This document shows positions 62,870-64,000 of a stretch of 64,000 nucleotides of DNA, in pieces. Made by a program: the position numbers and the translations under genes. Numbering within the stretch: position 1 is the stretch's first letter; each line of letters opens with the position of its first letter. Source of the stretch: Squalus acanthias (lineage: Eukaryota); NCBI GenBank assembly GCA_030390025.1, contig CM059432.1, forward strand, positions 60,080,001 through 60,144,000, read 5' to 3'. Under the pieces are notes generated by a model, which did not search any database, was not told the DNA's origin, and saw only the letters and a program-made list of their open reading frames with translations.

Positions 62870-63391
62870 TCTCCCTCCCTTTCAAAACTTCTGTCATCAC
62901 CCCTTCTCAAAATTCCCACCCATGACCCCATTGTCCTTACAAACTATTGTCCCATCGCCAACCTCCCTTTCCTTTCCAACGTCATTGAACATGTTGTCAG
63001 CTTCAAAATCTATGTCCATCTTTCCCGCAACTCTTCAATCAGGTTTCCATCTCTGCCACAGCACTGAAAAGACCCTAATCAAAGTCACAAATGGCATCCT
63101 CTGTGACTGCGGCAGTAATGCACTAGCCCTCTTGGTCCTTCTTGACCTCTATGCAATCTTTGACATGGTCAACCATACCATATTCCTCCAATTCTTTTCC
63201 TCAATTTTTCACCTGAGACTGCCTTTGCTTGGTTCCACTTTTACCTATTCAATCATAGCCAGAAAGTCTCCAGCAATGGCTTCTTTTCCCACCCCTGCAC
63301 TGTTACTTCTGGAGTCCCACAAGGATCTATCCTTGTCCCCCTCCTATTCCTTATCTACATGCTGTCCCTCAGCAACATCACCGAAAGACAT
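62870..63391 (+). mobile_element. L2 RT fragment interrupted by a Harbinger
   Basis: QSGF...HSTE.TLIKVTN...LVLLDL.A.FD.VNH. Confidence 0.85.
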
Positions 63392-64000
63392 GGGGCTAAA
63401 TTCAATAGCCCCCGAAAACAGGTGAGGGGATCACAATGCCCAAATAACCCACGCTCGTCCAATGTGATGCAGGCAGCATGCAAACTTCATGCTGCCTGCT
63501 CATTTTCATTATTGTAGCATGCAACCAGTGCTAACCGCGCTGTTCATTAGCCGCACACATCAGCAGGGGGGCCAAAATCATAAGAGGTTAGCCCCACTTA
63601 AAGCTAGCCTGCACAACTTAAAGCCAGCCTGCACCCCTTAAAGGTGGGGGGGAGGGTTGCATTATGGCTGGTGGAAGTCATTCTACAACTGATTCTGACC
63701 TGGGAAACACTCAATAATGGCACAACATGGGAGAGAGCGGGCTCCAAGGTTGTCTGATGCTGCACTTGAGGCCTTGGTGGAGGAGCAAAGTAGGAGAGAT
63801 GTGCTGTATCCACAGGGGGCCAGGAGGCCCTCCAGACAAACGCTCAGAAGGTAGTGGGAGCAGATAGCCGTGGCGGTCAATGCCAAGAGTCAAGCCCCAA
63901 GGACCTGCATGCAGTGCCGCAAGAAGTTAAATGACTTCACACAAGTGGTTAAGGTCAGTGAATGCATCTATAAATGCCATATCCCACCATATGCACCACT
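63392..64000 (-). mobile_element. Myb-side end of an A-family Harbinger element, running off the window
   Basis: GGGGCTAAATTC terminus; subterminal region homologous to the reverse complement of 2900-3080. Confidence 0.85.
63717..63953 (+). pseudogene. Myb/SANT-like exon 1 with an in-frame stop
   Basis: MAQHGRERAPRLSDAALEAL...RR*WEQIA...RTCMQCRKKLNDF; donor AAG|GTCAGT. Confidence 0.88.

Overview
Repeat-dense eukaryotic DNA, most likely from a cartilaginous fish (shark or ray), judging by HE1/V-SINE-like and Deu-domain SINE sequences recognised from memory. No host gene can be named with confidence; only a few weak exon candidates are visible. The window is dominated by PIF/Harbinger DNA transposons of at least two TIR families. 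Three full-length, roughly 4 kb two-gene copies (10706-14903, 23991-27992, 36745-41071) each carry an intronless HARBI1-like DDE transposase convergent with a three-exon Myb/SANT-like gene. There are also truncated copies, MITEs and old relics. Interleaved and often nested among these are CR1 and L2 LINEs, a third non-LTR family, a Penelope-like element with a degenerate minimal hammerhead ribozyme motif, a Penelope-derived hairpin insertion and tRNA-derived SINEs. All autonomous-type ORFs carry stops or frameshifts. The most notable sequence-level signals are family-specific subterminal motifs at fixed spacing, a conserved CCAAT/CRE/TTAAAGG cassette, a conserved coiled-coil-like plus AT-hook-like C-terminus in the Myb partner proteins, and consensus splice donors retained in MITEs. 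Coordinates were read by eye and may be off by a few bases; family names come from recognition, not from searches.
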